Of a stretch of 64,000 nucleotides of DNA, positions 12,141 through 24,157 are shown piece by piece. Source of the stretch: Octopus sinensis. Taxonomy: Eukaryota. The DNA lies in the NCBI RefSeq assembly GCF_006345805.1, contig NC_042999.1:45260001-45324000 (forward strand), read 5' to 3'. Each line of letters begins with the position of its first letter. Position 1 is the first letter of the stretch. Made by a program: the position numbers and the translations under genes. The notes under the pieces were generated by a model, which was not told the DNA's origin, searched no databases, and was given only the letters and a program-made list of their open reading frames with translations.

Positions 12141-12419
12141 TTAAAAACCCTTGAAGGTGGTGCTCCAGCATGGCCGCAGTCAAATGACTGAAACAAGCAA
12201 AAGAATAAAAGAATTGCTAGCATTCTAGGCAAAATGCCTAACATTTCACCTGTCTTTATGTTCTCGGTTCAAATTCCACTATAGTCAACTTCACCTTTCA
12301 TCCTTTCAGGGGTGGAAGAGTCAATAAAATAAGTACCATTTGGACACTGGGGGCTAATGTAATTGACTTACCTCATTCCCATAATTTACTGGCCTTGTGT
12401 CAAAATTTGAACCCAGTAT

Positions 12420-13830
12420 TAGGGAAAAATCTAAATCATTTGAAGGCCTTTTAAATTTAAAATGAGGGTGAGAAATTGGATATTAATTTGATTAACATCA
12501 ATTTAAAACCAGTGGTCTAGCATATTAAAATTTGAAGGTTCAGAAAATTGTATTACATACATATGAGAGGGATGACCACTATGTGGACAACCCTTATGCT
12601 AGAAGTAGATCCGCTATGGTCTTACCACTAAGAAATGTTCTTAAGAAAATTTAGCAAACACCAGAACATAAGTGAGCAAGACAAATGAAAAATGACAAGA
12701 ATATAGATTAACCATAAACATGTTTCACTATCAACAGTTACATAATTTTACTTACACAATTTGTCCGTAGATCTTCAGTATGATCGTCATTACAAATATA
12801 ATTTGCAGAACTATACACAAAACGTCCGCATGAGGTCGGACATGTATATAGTTCTACCTATTACACATATGGTCATTTGAAAGCCTATATCCACTGGAAA
12901 GGTTAGGCACAGGATTAAAATGGCAACAAATATTTTGGGCAGCAAGAAAGTATAACATCAGAGAACAACAGATGAGTGTGACTATAAGCTTTAATAATGA
13001 AACTCTTCCAAAATATAATGATGCATATGTACGTGTGTGTGTGTGTGTGTGTGCATGCATAAATTAATTTTTATCAAGAAGGAAAATGTTGATAGTAATT
13101 TTGAAGCTTCAGTTTATCAACCACTATCAGGCTTGTTTACTTTGTACTTTTTGGTTTTATGTAGTTCTGAGCAGAGCATTTCTTTGTATGTAAAATGGTG
13201 TGAATGAAAATTAGGTGTGTTGTGGGTAAGCAGGAGATAGTTCTGTGGGAAGGGGGAATGTAGAAGGATAGGAAGATATATATGTGTTTGTGTGAGACTA
13301 GGGTGTAGATTGAAAGCAAACGATGGTTGAGGCTGTTATTCTAGTTTGATAGTTGAAGTTCGTTATTGCTCAGCATTCAATCAGGCAAATAAGTAAAGGA
13401 ATAAATAGCTGTGTCATATATTCAGGTCAGCGTTTGCGTTGGTTGAATTTTTCTTGTGACTAATCAAGATTCTTGAGGGGGGTTTTTTTGTGTTAATCTC
13501 AAGGATAGTTTTGTGCTATTTTAGGGTTTACAAATGAATGCTTATGGAGAAAACTGGTTCAATTTGTGACACAGTATAGGTAAGAAAAGACGTTGGTGTT
13601 AATAGCTTCCTTTTAAGGGGATTACATTTTCCAGTGTATTTGTTTCTGATTCAAGATGTAAGGTTATGATTTGAAGGTCACTGTATAGAATTTGCATCTG
13701 TGCAAAGGCCTTTTGTCATAGGTTGAAAGTAAACATTGGTGTTGTCATAAAGTCTTAGGTCAGTTATAGTTGAAAAACTATGATGAAAGATGTTCCATTT
13801 ATAACAATCTTGTTTGTTGATCAGAAACTA
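12420..13830 (-). mobile_element. Penelope-like element 3' remnant (degenerate GIY-YIG tail, 3' UTR, pseudo-LTR with hammerhead)
   Basis: GKCNPLKRKLL resembles the PLE KCxLCLxEKLxI motif; 12420-12870 aligns (minus strand) to the pLTR at 23770-24170, e.g. TTTAATATGCTAGACCACTGG. Confidence 0.7.
12713..12782 (-). ncRNA. Type I hammerhead ribozyme motif, degenerate helix II
   Basis: CATA-CTGAAGA-(long, poorly paired helix II)-GAA-ACATGT-T^-TATG: helix I CAUA/UAUG, intact core, palindromic helix III, GUU cleavage triplet. Confidence 0.65.
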
Positions 13831-14289
13831 TTTTGTCCAATATAGCCTTTTCTTAAGAGTGTCATTTTTGTGAGAATTTTCGCTGCTGTTTTTACAAAGT
13901 TGTGTAACAAATGAATTGTGTGCCTTTACCAAACTGTTTGGTACTGAGAAGAATGTTTGCAAAAACAGCCATACATCTGTTCTATTATTTATGCACACAT
14001 AAATTTCATACAAATCTAAAGCATATAAAATTGAATGAAAATACAACAAACCTTTTATATTTTAAATTATTCTATCATGAATTACTTTTTAAACACTTTC
14101 CAAAGTATTTTGTTTGATACATGCACTTGAAAAATAGTCTCTTCTTAATAATAGCAAATGTATACACATTAATAGAATTATTAGAACATTTGCAAATAGT
14201 TGAAATAACTCAGCTAGGAGAATGTTGGACTGACTGCCTTTTGCTCAAATGCAAATTTTGGCATTTCTTTTTACTTTTATCTACTGTTT

Positions 14290-14480
14290 TACTTTTTCAG
14301 TCTTAGACTGTGGCCATTCTGGGGCACAAGAATTTTTAGTCAAAAGAATTGACTCCAGTACTTTTTATTTTATTTTCAAGACTGATACTTAGTCTATCAG
14401 TCTCTGTTGCTGAACTGCTAAGTTACAGGGATGTAAACACACCAACACTAGTTGTCAAGCAGTGGTAGAGACAAAGAAAC
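14290..14480 (-). mobile_element. SINE family A, 3' half
   Basis: Aligns to 3458-3680. Confidence 0.8.
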
Positions 14481-14486
14481 ACATAC

Positions 14487-14566
<80 letters not shown>

Positions 14567-14683
14567 ATATATATGTATATATATAACGGGAAGCTTTATG
14601 AAAATAGACAAAAGACGAAGGCAGGTGGAAAACAAACAAACAATTGTATTAGTATGGCGCTCAGGAAATATAAATAAAACAAG

Positions 14684-14721
14684 TCTTTAACGTTTCGAGC
14701 CTACGCTCTTCAACAGAAAGA
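14684..14721 (-). ncRNA. Minimal type I hammerhead motif with CUGUUGA core
   Basis: TCTTT-CTGTTGA-A-GAG-CGTAGG-CTC-GAA-ACGT-T^-AAAGA: helix I 5 bp, helix II 3 bp, loopless palindromic helix III. Confidence 0.7.
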
Positions 14722-14917
14722 TACACAGAGAGAAAAAAAACAGAAAGAAGGAGAGAAAAAAAATGCGTGCAGTAACTAACGAATCAACATGGCGATCTGA
14801 TTTCGGCCAGAGGTCAAAGATCAAACATGAGACGCGAGAGCGAAATAAGGGGAGATAATAGGGTTGATAATAGGGTTGAATGACCCTAGGATAGGTCTGG
14901 ACAGGCGTATGTATGGG

Positions 14918-15030
14918 GTTGGTGTATGTATTAGTATGTATTAGTATGTATTAGTACGTATTAGTATGTATTAGTTGGTGTATGTATTAGTATGTATTAG
15001 TATGTATTAGTTGGTGTATGTATTAGTATG
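14918..15030. repeat. 10-bp minisatellite (TATGTATTAG)n with periodic TTGGTG insertions
   Basis: Seen directly. Confidence 0.9.
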
Positions 15031-15164
15031 GCACATCATATATGATGTGATGTGTAAAGTCGTGTGGTGTAGTGAGGAGAAGAGGGGGGAGAGGGGGGAG
15101 AGAAGGGGAGGGGGAGGAGAGGGGGAAGAGGAGAGGAGGGGGAGAAGGAAGGGGAGATATACTA

Positions 15165-15739
15165 TGGGCTTCTTTCAGCCTCCATCAACCAAAACCACTC
15201 ACAAGATTTTGACCAGCCTGAGGCTTTAGTAGGAGACACTTGTCCAAGGTGCCATGAAGTGGGACTGAATCCAGAACCATGTGGTTGAGAAGCAAACTTC
15301 TTACCACACAGCCATATCTGTACCTGTTAATATACTCTTTTACTCTTTTACTTGTTTCAGTCATTTGACTGTGGCCATGCTGGAGCACCGCCTTTAGTCG
15401 AGAAATCGACCCTGGGGCTTATTCTTTGTAAGCCCAGTACTTATTCTATGGTCTCTTTTGCCGAACCGCTAAGTGATGGGGACGTAAATACACCAGCATC
15501 GGTTGTCAAGCAATGCTAGAGGGACAAACACAGACACACAAACACACACACACACATACATATAGATATATATACATATATACGACAGGTTTCTTTCAGT
15601 TTCCATCTACCAAATCCACTCACAAGGCTTTGGTCGGCCCGAGGCTATAGCAGAAGGCACTTGCCCAAGATGCCACACAGTGGGACTGAACCCAGAACCA
15701 TGTGGTTGGTTAGCAAGCTACTTACCACACAGCCACTCG
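15165..15739 (-). mobile_element. SINE family A: truncated head (15165-15320) plus full-length copy (15335-15739)
   Basis: Nearly identical to 3458-3853. Confidence 0.9.
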
Positions 15740-16489
15740 TTAATATTTTTTTCTGTTTTGATTTTGAAATTAGTACTAATTAAAATTCCTACAATTCGAC
15801 TTAATGGGGTTAGAAAAAGAGGTGTAATCTGCTGCTTATATATTCATTAATACATAATCATCTTTATAATTAGAGTTGTCACTTGATGTTGCTTTGCCGT
15901 TCACTAATTTTGTATTCATTACTCAATTTTGATTTGTTGCTCATATCTTTTTAACTTGAAGTAACAGGGGTCTGCCATATTTTCTATTTATAAATGGGCT
16001 AAGAATTCTTTGTTTCCATTACAGTCTTTGTGATTTTTCATAAATTTCATGAAAGCAGACATGAGACTAACTTGGATTGGCAGTATCCTTTTCTACTTTG
16101 CTCGAAATTTGAATCTTTGAACTGAAAAATATAAATCTCTATTTGAAAATGTGAGAAAGGCTTCATCCAGCCCTTTCAGAGTGAAGTAATAAATGAGTTT
16201 CTGCTGTTTTATCTTCAGTTTTGTAATGATGTTTTTCCATTTTAATGGAATTTTTGTTTGGGAGCTCTTGGTATGTGACAAAAACAATTTAATGTGTGTC
16301 ATTCAGTGCAGACATCAAGGTGTAATTGATAGGCAATATCAACAATTGCTTCTTTTTTTTTTATTCCAAACAATCTCAACAAATTCTTCACATCCCTTAA
16401 AATTGTCAATAAATTGAGGGAAGAAATTTTTCCAAATGTCTCTCATATTTTTTTCCCTTTCTTGTGAATTTGTTCCAGTTTCCTTTGAC

Positions 16490-16782
16490 TATTCTTCTTC
16501 TTCTTCTTCTTCTTCTCCTCCTCCTCTTCCTCCTCCGCCTCCTCCTTCATCTTCTTCTCCTCCCCCTCCTCCTCCTCCTCCTCCTCCTCCTCCCCCACCA
16601 CCACCTCCTTCTCCTCCTAACCACCACCACCACCACCACCGCCACCACTACCACCTCTGCTGCCACTTCCACCTCTGCTGCCACTGCTGCCGCCACCACC
16701 ACCGCCACCATCGTCGTCGTCATCATCGTCATCATCATCATCATCATCACCATCATTATTATTATTAGTATTATTATTATTA
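16490..16782. repeat. Compound (TTC)/(CCT)/(CAC)/(CAT)/(TAT) microsatellite
   Basis: Seen directly. Confidence 0.95.
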
Positions 16783-17780
16783 CTGCACCTAAAACAGAAC
16801 TTGGAATAATTTTCAAAAATACTTCAGTGTTCAGCCAACTTCATCATCAGTAACATTTATTAACTGGTCAAATGTGAGATGAAGATAATGTGCTTTAAAT
16901 GTTGCAATAACACCTTGATTTATTGTTTACAAAAACGATGTATTTGACTGCATGAATATTAATATAATATTTGAACAGTATTTGAACGGTAGTCTTCTGG
17001 AGGTTGTGAGCAACAAAGTACATCGTATATGACCAGCAGCATATTAAATGGGATATTTTTATCCTTACATTATTTTGAATTAAGATCCAGGCCTAAAGTG
17101 ATGCAAAAATCTTCAAACATGGAAAGCAGTAACCCATGTTGTTTTATTATTTGCCTTTCATATGATTCGAAACATAGCTTTTAGCTTTTATGGGGCCTGT
17201 AAGTGCTCATGGATTTTCAGTATGATGCACAAGCATGAGTCTTAACCTACAGTGGTCTCCTGTTGCATTACATTCATGGAATAACACTGACTGATCTTTA
17301 GCTATATTAAAACCTGGCAATGATGAATTATCTTTAGCAATGTGTGGTTTTTGTTGGCTTGCACTTTCGAAATATAGGCATGTTTCATCTACATTAACAA
17401 TTTGTGGGCGTATGTAACCATAATCTTCTGTTATTTCTTGTGTTTCAGAAATAAATTTTATTGCTTCAATATCAACACTTGAGACCTTTTCCTTGTACCT
17501 TTACATGTTAGCAATCAGCTAGATTTTTTTTTTTGTTTTTTGTTGTTTTTTTTTAACATCTATAAAACCAACCATTGCTTGCAAAAAATGTTTCTTCACA
17601 GTTATTTATTTATTTATTTTTTTCACATTTAGATAGCTTAAAATATATGAGGTCTAACACAAATAACAGTTTGCATAACTGGCATCATCCTCCTCCGCCT
17701 CCTCCTCCTCCTCCTCCACAACACCCACCCCACCCCACCACCACCACCACCACTACTACTACCATTGTTATCGTTTTATA

Positions 17781-18170
17781 GGCGTAGGAGTGGCTGTGTG
17801 GTAAGTAGCTTGCTTACCAACCAAATGTTTCTGGGTTCAGTCCCACTGAGTGGCACCTTGGGCAAGTGTCTTCCAAAATAAGGCTTTGATCTGCCTGAGG
17901 CTATAGTAGAAGACACTTGCTCAAAGTGCCATGCAGTGGGATTGAACCTGGAACTATGTGGTTGGAAAGCAAGCTTCTTATCACACAGCCATGCCTACAC
18001 CTATATGATGGGCTTCTTTCGGTTTCCACCTACCAAATCCACTCACAAGGCTTTGTTTAGCTTGAGGCTATAGTAGAAAACACTTGTCCAAGGTGCCATG
18101 CAGTGGGACTGAACCTAGAACCATGTGGTTGGGAAGTGAGTCTCTTACTACACAGCCATGCCTGTGCCTA
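17781..18170. mobile_element. Three SINE family A heads: + (17781-17873), - (17909-18000), - (18005-18170)
   Basis: Each matches the family A tRNA-like head; the first two are inverted relative to each other. Confidence 0.85.
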
Positions 18171-18394
18171 TTTGATGGGTTTCTTTAAATTTCTTTCTAC
18201 AAAATCCACACACAGAGTGGGTTTTAGTTTGACCTTTGTGTTAAATTGGTTTTCTTTGTTGATAAATTCTAGGAATATAGTTATCCACTTCTGTACAACA
18301 TCTTGAAGATTGCAAGCACTGCAAATTATCATCATCATCATCATCATCATCACCATCGTCATCGTCGTCGTTGTCGTCGTCATCATCAACATCA

Positions 18395-18710
18395 TCATCA
18401 TCATCATCATTTAACTACGTTTACCATGCTGGCATGGGTTAGATGGCTTGACAAGAACTGGCAAGTCTGGGAGGTACACAAAGTCCCATAGTCTGTTTTG
18501 GTTTGGTTTCTATAGCTGGATGCTCTTTCTAATGCCAGCTACTTTACAGAGTGTACTGGGTGCTTTTTACATAACACCACCATAAGTGCTTTTTATGTGG
18601 CATCAGCATCCGCACCAATGCTCTTTACGTGACACCTAGGTTTTAAGATCTCGATTCTGTTGTAGTGAATGGGCCTTCTTGAGTACAGAAATGTGCCACA
18701 TATCTCGGTT
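18395..18710 (-). mobile_element. Family E retroposon 3' part with (GAT)n tail
   Basis: Minus-strand GGCATCCAGCT(A/G)TAGAAAC...CCATGC(T/C)AGCATGGAAA...TTAAATGATGATG; homologues at 19555-19740, 25560-25650, 29080-29210, 32015-32375, 36165-36410, 42510-42650, 47240-47395 and 63505-63700. Confidence 0.75.
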
Positions 18711-18711
18711 T

Positions 18712-19190
18712 TCTACAGTTGTCAGACCCCTGTCCAAAATTTTCGCGCTAAATGTTTAGCAGACTCTCAGAGTTTTGCGCAATTCGGTCACTGTATTTTG
18801 ATTCTAAAACGATAACCTTCAATTTCTTCACATTTTTGATAGCATTTGTCAACTCACAATATATGTTGGTGAGGAATTTTTGAATTGGAAGAGCAAACAA
18901 ATTCAAAACTTTTAGCACAAGGAAATAGCTGAGAGACAGTAATGAGTGTGTGTGTGTGTGTGTGTGTGCGCATGTGTGTGCGAAGGAGCGTGTTTGACAT
19001 CAACAGGTAAACAAATTGTGTAAGTGAATAAATGAACCAATAATCATCTGTATTGTGGTAATCGAACTTTTAATGCAATCATTATGGATGCTCAGCATGT
19101 ATTTTTATACAATTTAACTTTTCTATCTTTATTCTTACGACGCAAAAAACTATCGTTAAAGTGCTACATCATTAAGGGAGAATTTTATAT
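18712..19190. mobile_element. Unclassified interspersed element, probably DNA-transposon derived
   Basis: CpG-retaining block sharply bounded by other repeats; no ORF and no convincing TIR pair found by eye. Confidence 0.3.
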
Positions 19191-19323
19191 ATGTGTGTGT
19201 GTGTGTAAATATATAAATATATATATTTATATATACCTATACATGTAGATATATCTATTTATATGTATATATATATATATTATATATATATATCAGCACA
19301 CATATATATATATGGTATAAATC

Positions 19324-19372
<49 letters not shown>

Positions 19373-19799
19373 GTATAAATGTGTGTGTGTGTGTGGTGTG
19401 TATATGTATATATACACATATATGTTTGCACATATATATATATACACACACAAACACGCACACATACACACACATACACGCATACATGGATATAAATACA
19501 TATCTTCATCATTGACGTCATCATTATCGTCATCATTGTTGTCGTCGTCATCATCATCATTGAATGTCAATGCTCCATTCCAGTTTAGGATGGATGTTTT
19601 GACAGGATCTGATGTGCCCAAGGACTGCATAGTACTTCAGGGTTTGCTAGATGCCCTCCTTAATGTCAACCACTTTACTGAATGTACTGGATGCTATTTA
19701 CATGCTACCAGCACAAGGGGGTTTGCTACACATCTTGCAAGACTATATCCCCTAGGTGGGTGTCTTTATACTCAGAAACAAAGGGTTTTAATATGAAAT

Positions 19800-20135
19800 A
19801 GTGAAGGCACATAGCTCAGTGGTTACAGTATTGGGCTCATTATCATGAGGTAGTGAGTTTGATTTCCAATCTGGGCTCTGCGTTGTGTTCTTGAGCAAGA
19901 CACTTTATTTCCATGTTGCTCCAGTTCACTACAATAATCAGTTGTGACATCACTGATGCCAAACTGTATCAGCCTTTGCATTTCCCTTGGATAACATTGG
20001 TGGTGTGGAGAGGGGAGGCTGGTATGCATGGGTGACTGTTGGTCTTCCATAAACAACCCTTACCTGGACTTGAGCCTCGGAGGGTAATTTTCTAGGTGTA
20101 ATCCCATGGTCATTCATAACTGAAGGGGGTCTTTA
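19800..20135 (+). mobile_element. SINE family C
   Basis: Aligns to 618-926. Confidence 0.85.
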
Positions 20136-20139
20136 CCTT

Positions 20140-21530
20140 TTAATATGAAAGAAGGAGCAAGAGGAGAACAAGTTTCTTGTGTTGAGAAGCTATCTCATTA
20201 TTCCAATTTTTGAAGAAATGTTGGAAGTGATGGAAAGAGAAATAAATAAAACAATGATGATGTGATGACTGGATAGACCCTCAAGGTATGAGGTAGATTG
20301 AATGAGTGAGACAGAGGAGCCAGGAGTGTGGGTGGGTGAAGTATGCGAGAGTGTATGGGGGAGTGAAAGATTGAAAATAGCTGAAGGGTGGAGAAGTAGG
20401 CAACGACTGTAAAAATTGGGTAGGGTTGAAGAGTGGCTGGAATAAATGGTGGGGGATGACCAATAAACTATGAGTTGGGTAGGAGATGACTGACAGTGCA
20501 GAGAAAAGTAAGGAAGAGCTGGCAGAAATCTTAGCATGCTGGGCGAAATGCTTAGCGGTAATTCTCTGCCGTTACATTCTGAGTTCAGATTCCGACGAGG
20601 TCAACTTTGCCTTTCAACCTTTCGGGGTTGATAAATTAAGTACCAGTTACGTACTGTGGTCGATGTAATCGACTTCGTCCGTTTGACTGTCCTTGTTTGT
20701 CCCCTCTATGTTTAGTTCCTTGTGGGAAATAAAGAGATAAGAAACGTTAGCATGCGGGGCGAAATGCTTAGCGGTAATTCTTTGCCGTTACATTCTGAGT
20801 TCAGATTCCGCCGAGGTCGACTTTGCCTTTCATCCTTTTGGGGTCGATAAATTAAGTACCAGTTACGCACTGGGGTCGATGTAATCGACTTAATCCGTTT
20901 GTCTGTCCTTGTTTGTCCTCTCTGTGTTTAGCCCCTCGTGGGTAGTAAAGAAATAGGTATTTTGTCTGCCGTTACATTCTGATTTCAGATTCTGCCGAGG
21001 TCGACTTTGCCTTTCATCCTTTTGGGGTCGATAAATTAAGTACCAGTTACGCACTGGGGTCGATGTAATCGACTTAATCCCTTTGTCTGTCCTTGTTTGT
21101 CTCCTCTATGTTTAGCCCCTTGTGGGCAATAAAGAAATATGAAAAATGAGGAAGAGCAGCAGAATAGTAATGATAATGCAGTGAACAGGAGAAAGACAAG
21201 AGAGAGATGTGTTGTTGGAGAGGTTGCAGGAGTAGATAGCGATGAGAAAGGAAGACATAGTGGAGGAGGAAAGTGAGAGATGTATTGTGGTGCAGGAGGA
21301 GAGTGAGAAACGTATCGTGGTGGATGAAGAGAGATAATCTGGAAGCTTAGTGTGGGTGGATATGATCTATGTAAAATGTAGGTGCCGAGAGAACAGTATT
21401 AATGGATAAAAGATGGGTAACAACTGAAATAGTTCTGAATAGCAAGAAGAGTGATTTCAAGGAAGAGCTGGAGTTAGATAGATAATGAGAAATGGGAGTG
21501 TCTTCAAGAAGAAATTGGGCAAAGGGCCCA
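20140..21530 (-). mobile_element. Degenerate LINE APE-endonuclease-region remnant split by the family B array
   Basis: Strongly pyrimidine-rich minus strand with decayed APE-like spacing (LIIGH...QLFSIFHSPIH...PTLLAPLSH); purine-rich sequence continues on both sides of the SINE array. Confidence 0.35.
20520..21140 (+). mobile_element. SINE family B trimer
   Basis: Three head-to-tail units; flanking repeat GAAAAGTAAGGAAGAGC (20503-20519) / GAAAAATGAGGAAGAGC (21141-21157), 15/17 identical. Confidence 0.9.
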
Positions 21531-21538
21531 GTTATGTG

Positions 21539-21569
<31 letters not shown>

Positions 21570-21621
21570 ATGAGTGTGCGTGTGTGTGTGTGTGTATGTG
21601 TGTGTATATATATATATATAC

Positions 21622-21670
<49 letters not shown>

Positions 21671-21673
21671 GTG

Positions 21674-21706
<33 letters not shown>

Positions 21707-23000
21707 ATGTATATACACACACACACACCCATATTACTTTGCTAGAATTTGAGATATACAGAGATTGATTCTTTGTAGCAGCTTGCTGACCGCTATCTTT
21801 TTTTGCCTTCCAAGGGTATTTACCTGATCTTCTAAGCTGTTTTCATAGTTATTCTGCTTTTGAGATTTCCTTTATTTTCAATATACATCTACACATATCA
21901 CATGTCCATAGCAGCACAATCTCATTTCTCGTCAGATGTTCAGACAGAGTAGAGAATTTGAAAGAAAAATTCAAAATGGCTTCTGAGTGTTTAGGTTTCT
22001 ATTATTGAACTATGGTAATTTGATCGTTATGCTATTAGAGAGACATCTGTTATTTTATATTCATTTTTAGACACACATGTTGGCTGGATGCTAATATCAC
22101 TTTGATAGCAGGTTGCAACAGATTATATTCAGTGACATCAATCCCTTGTATTGGGTACTGCAAATGGATGGGTTGCCAAAATCAGAGTTTGAAAACCTTA
22201 GTGGTCGTAGTTATTACATAGGAGTAAGAGTCTGATGGTGTTGGATTACAACTGAAGGAATGAGACCAATGCATGTAGGATGTAATCTGTAAGGGCAACA
22301 GGGATTCTATAATATCTATATCTATGGGTCTTTCCTAAAGAACTATAGATATTATAAACTCTTCACTCCTCAAAATGTCAAGGTTAGCTACTTATGTTTA
22401 GATACTATCACTTCAGACACTACATCCTACAAAAGATACAAACACACACCTACAGAATCCCATTGTATACTTCAATCTGTAACTGTTGAAATCCCATGAA
22501 CTTTCTACTGAGAAAATCCTGTCTCTCAAAGGCAATAGTCTATAGAGTCTGCCTCACACCATCCAATGGCATCACCAGATACTACACAGGTATCTTTTAA
22601 TGAAAGATATACAGCACACATGTAACCTTCCAGACATAGGAATAGGGGAGACTTTAGGTCCTTATCCTGTTTCATTGCGATGCTCTGGAACCATCCAAAT
22701 GATTTCTCCAACATCGAATGGTGTATTCTTGATAGACCCCACTCTTTGCTCACCCAGCACTTGTAACTGCCTGCTCTGCTTCCATGAGAAGCTGTGTACT
22801 CATCACTAAGGAGAATGAGCTATCTTATTGTTCTACACACTCCACATGTCTGTGAAACTTTTAGTAATGTAGAGCTGTATCACTGCAATCATGTATGTGT
22901 GGTGTGTGTGTGTGTGTGTATGTGTGTATGTGCATGGTTGTTTCTGTGCCTGTATAACTGCAGACATACATATATATATATATGTATGTAAGTATGTATA

Positions 23001-23114
23001 GGCTCAAAACGTAAAAGACTTGTTCTGTTTCTATTCCTGAGCGCCATACTAATATGATTGCTTGTTTGTACTCCACCTGCCTTTGTCTTTTGTTTATTTT
23101 CGTAAACCTTCCCG

Positions 23115-23116
<2 letters not shown>
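23001..23116 (+). mobile_element. PLE pLTR 3' fragment containing only the 3' half of a hammerhead
   Basis: GGCTCAAAACGTA^AAAGA...CTTCCCGT-(TA)n, same family as 14583-14721. Confidence 0.65.
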
Positions 23117-23150
<34 letters not shown>

Positions 23151-23153
<3 letters not shown>

Positions 23154-24157
23154 AATTAAGGACTGAACACGAAAAGTGGACAGTCAACATGCTAGATGTA
23201 GATGTCAAATCGCCATTCTCCACAAAAAGTCTATGTTCTCAGATCAAACTCAACACAAAACCAAAGCAATAAACAAGTGAAAAATATACGAAATAAATAT
23301 TTACCCATGTACTAAATTTAGTTTCGCTTGTTATTTTCCGCAAGGAAGATGGTTGCACTTTTCCTTGCGGAAAATAACAACCGAAACTAAATTTAGTACA
23401 TGGGTAAATATTTATTTCGTATATTTTTCACTTGTTTATTGCTTTGGTTTTGTGTTGAGTTTGATCTGAGAACATAGACTTTTTGTGGAGAATGGCGATT
23501 TGACATCTACATCTAGCATGTTGACTGTCCACTTTTCGTGTTCAGTCCTTAATTGGTATATATAAATATTTTAATCTTCGGATTCTTTCTTTAATATGCT
23601 AGACCACTGGTTCTAATTGATAAATATCAATTTTTACCCTAAATTTTAATTTTATATAAATATTTGTTCTCTAACTGATAAATTAACTGCTGCTAACTAT
23701 TAGCTGCAGGCTAGTTTTCTCGGGTCTCATCGCGCCAAAAGTAGAGACATTTGAAATATATATTTCAAATGTAATAGGCCGTACTCCATGCACGCGATAT
23801 TTCGGTATCGTGTTGGCATTTAGTATAGCAAATTGCATTTTATATGGGACCATGCTGATGATGGTTGCACTTTTCCTTGCGGAAAATAACAACCGACACT
23901 AAATTTAGTACATGGGTAAATATTTATTTCGTATATTTTTCACTTGTTTATTGCTTTGGTTTTGTGTTGAGTTTGATCTGAGAACATAGACTTTTTGTGG
24001 AGAATGGCGATTTGACGTCTATATCTAGCATGTTGACTGTCCACTTTTCGTGTTCAGTCCTTAATTGGTATATATAAATATTTTAATCTTCGGATTCTTT
24101 CTTTAATATGCTAGACCACTGGTTCTAATTGATAAATATCAATTTTTACCCTAAATT

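Larger units (their letters stand above)
14583..15070 (-). mobile_element. Penelope-like element 3' UTR/pLTR fragment ending in (TA)n
   Basis: Tail ...CCACCTGCCTTCGTCTTTTG...CTTCCCGT-TATATA is shared with 23001-23116 (+) and 55570-55692 (+); carries a hammerhead motif. Confidence 0.7.

Noticed and set aside
12791-12871. Pre-miRNA interpretation of the hairpin
   Set aside because: The arms match no miRNA I recognise, I saw no CNNC motif, and the position is explained by the PLE pLTR; kept only as a PLE cis-element finding.
12809-12901. Apparent 93-nt phase 1-1 exon on + (LYTKRPHEVGHVYSSTYYTYGHLKAYIHWK), loosely like an anosmin-1 FN3 strand and containing HEVGH
   Set aside because: It overlaps the hairpin and pLTR of a minus-strand Penelope remnant that aligns to 23770-23860; no neighbouring anosmin or metalloprotease exons were found.
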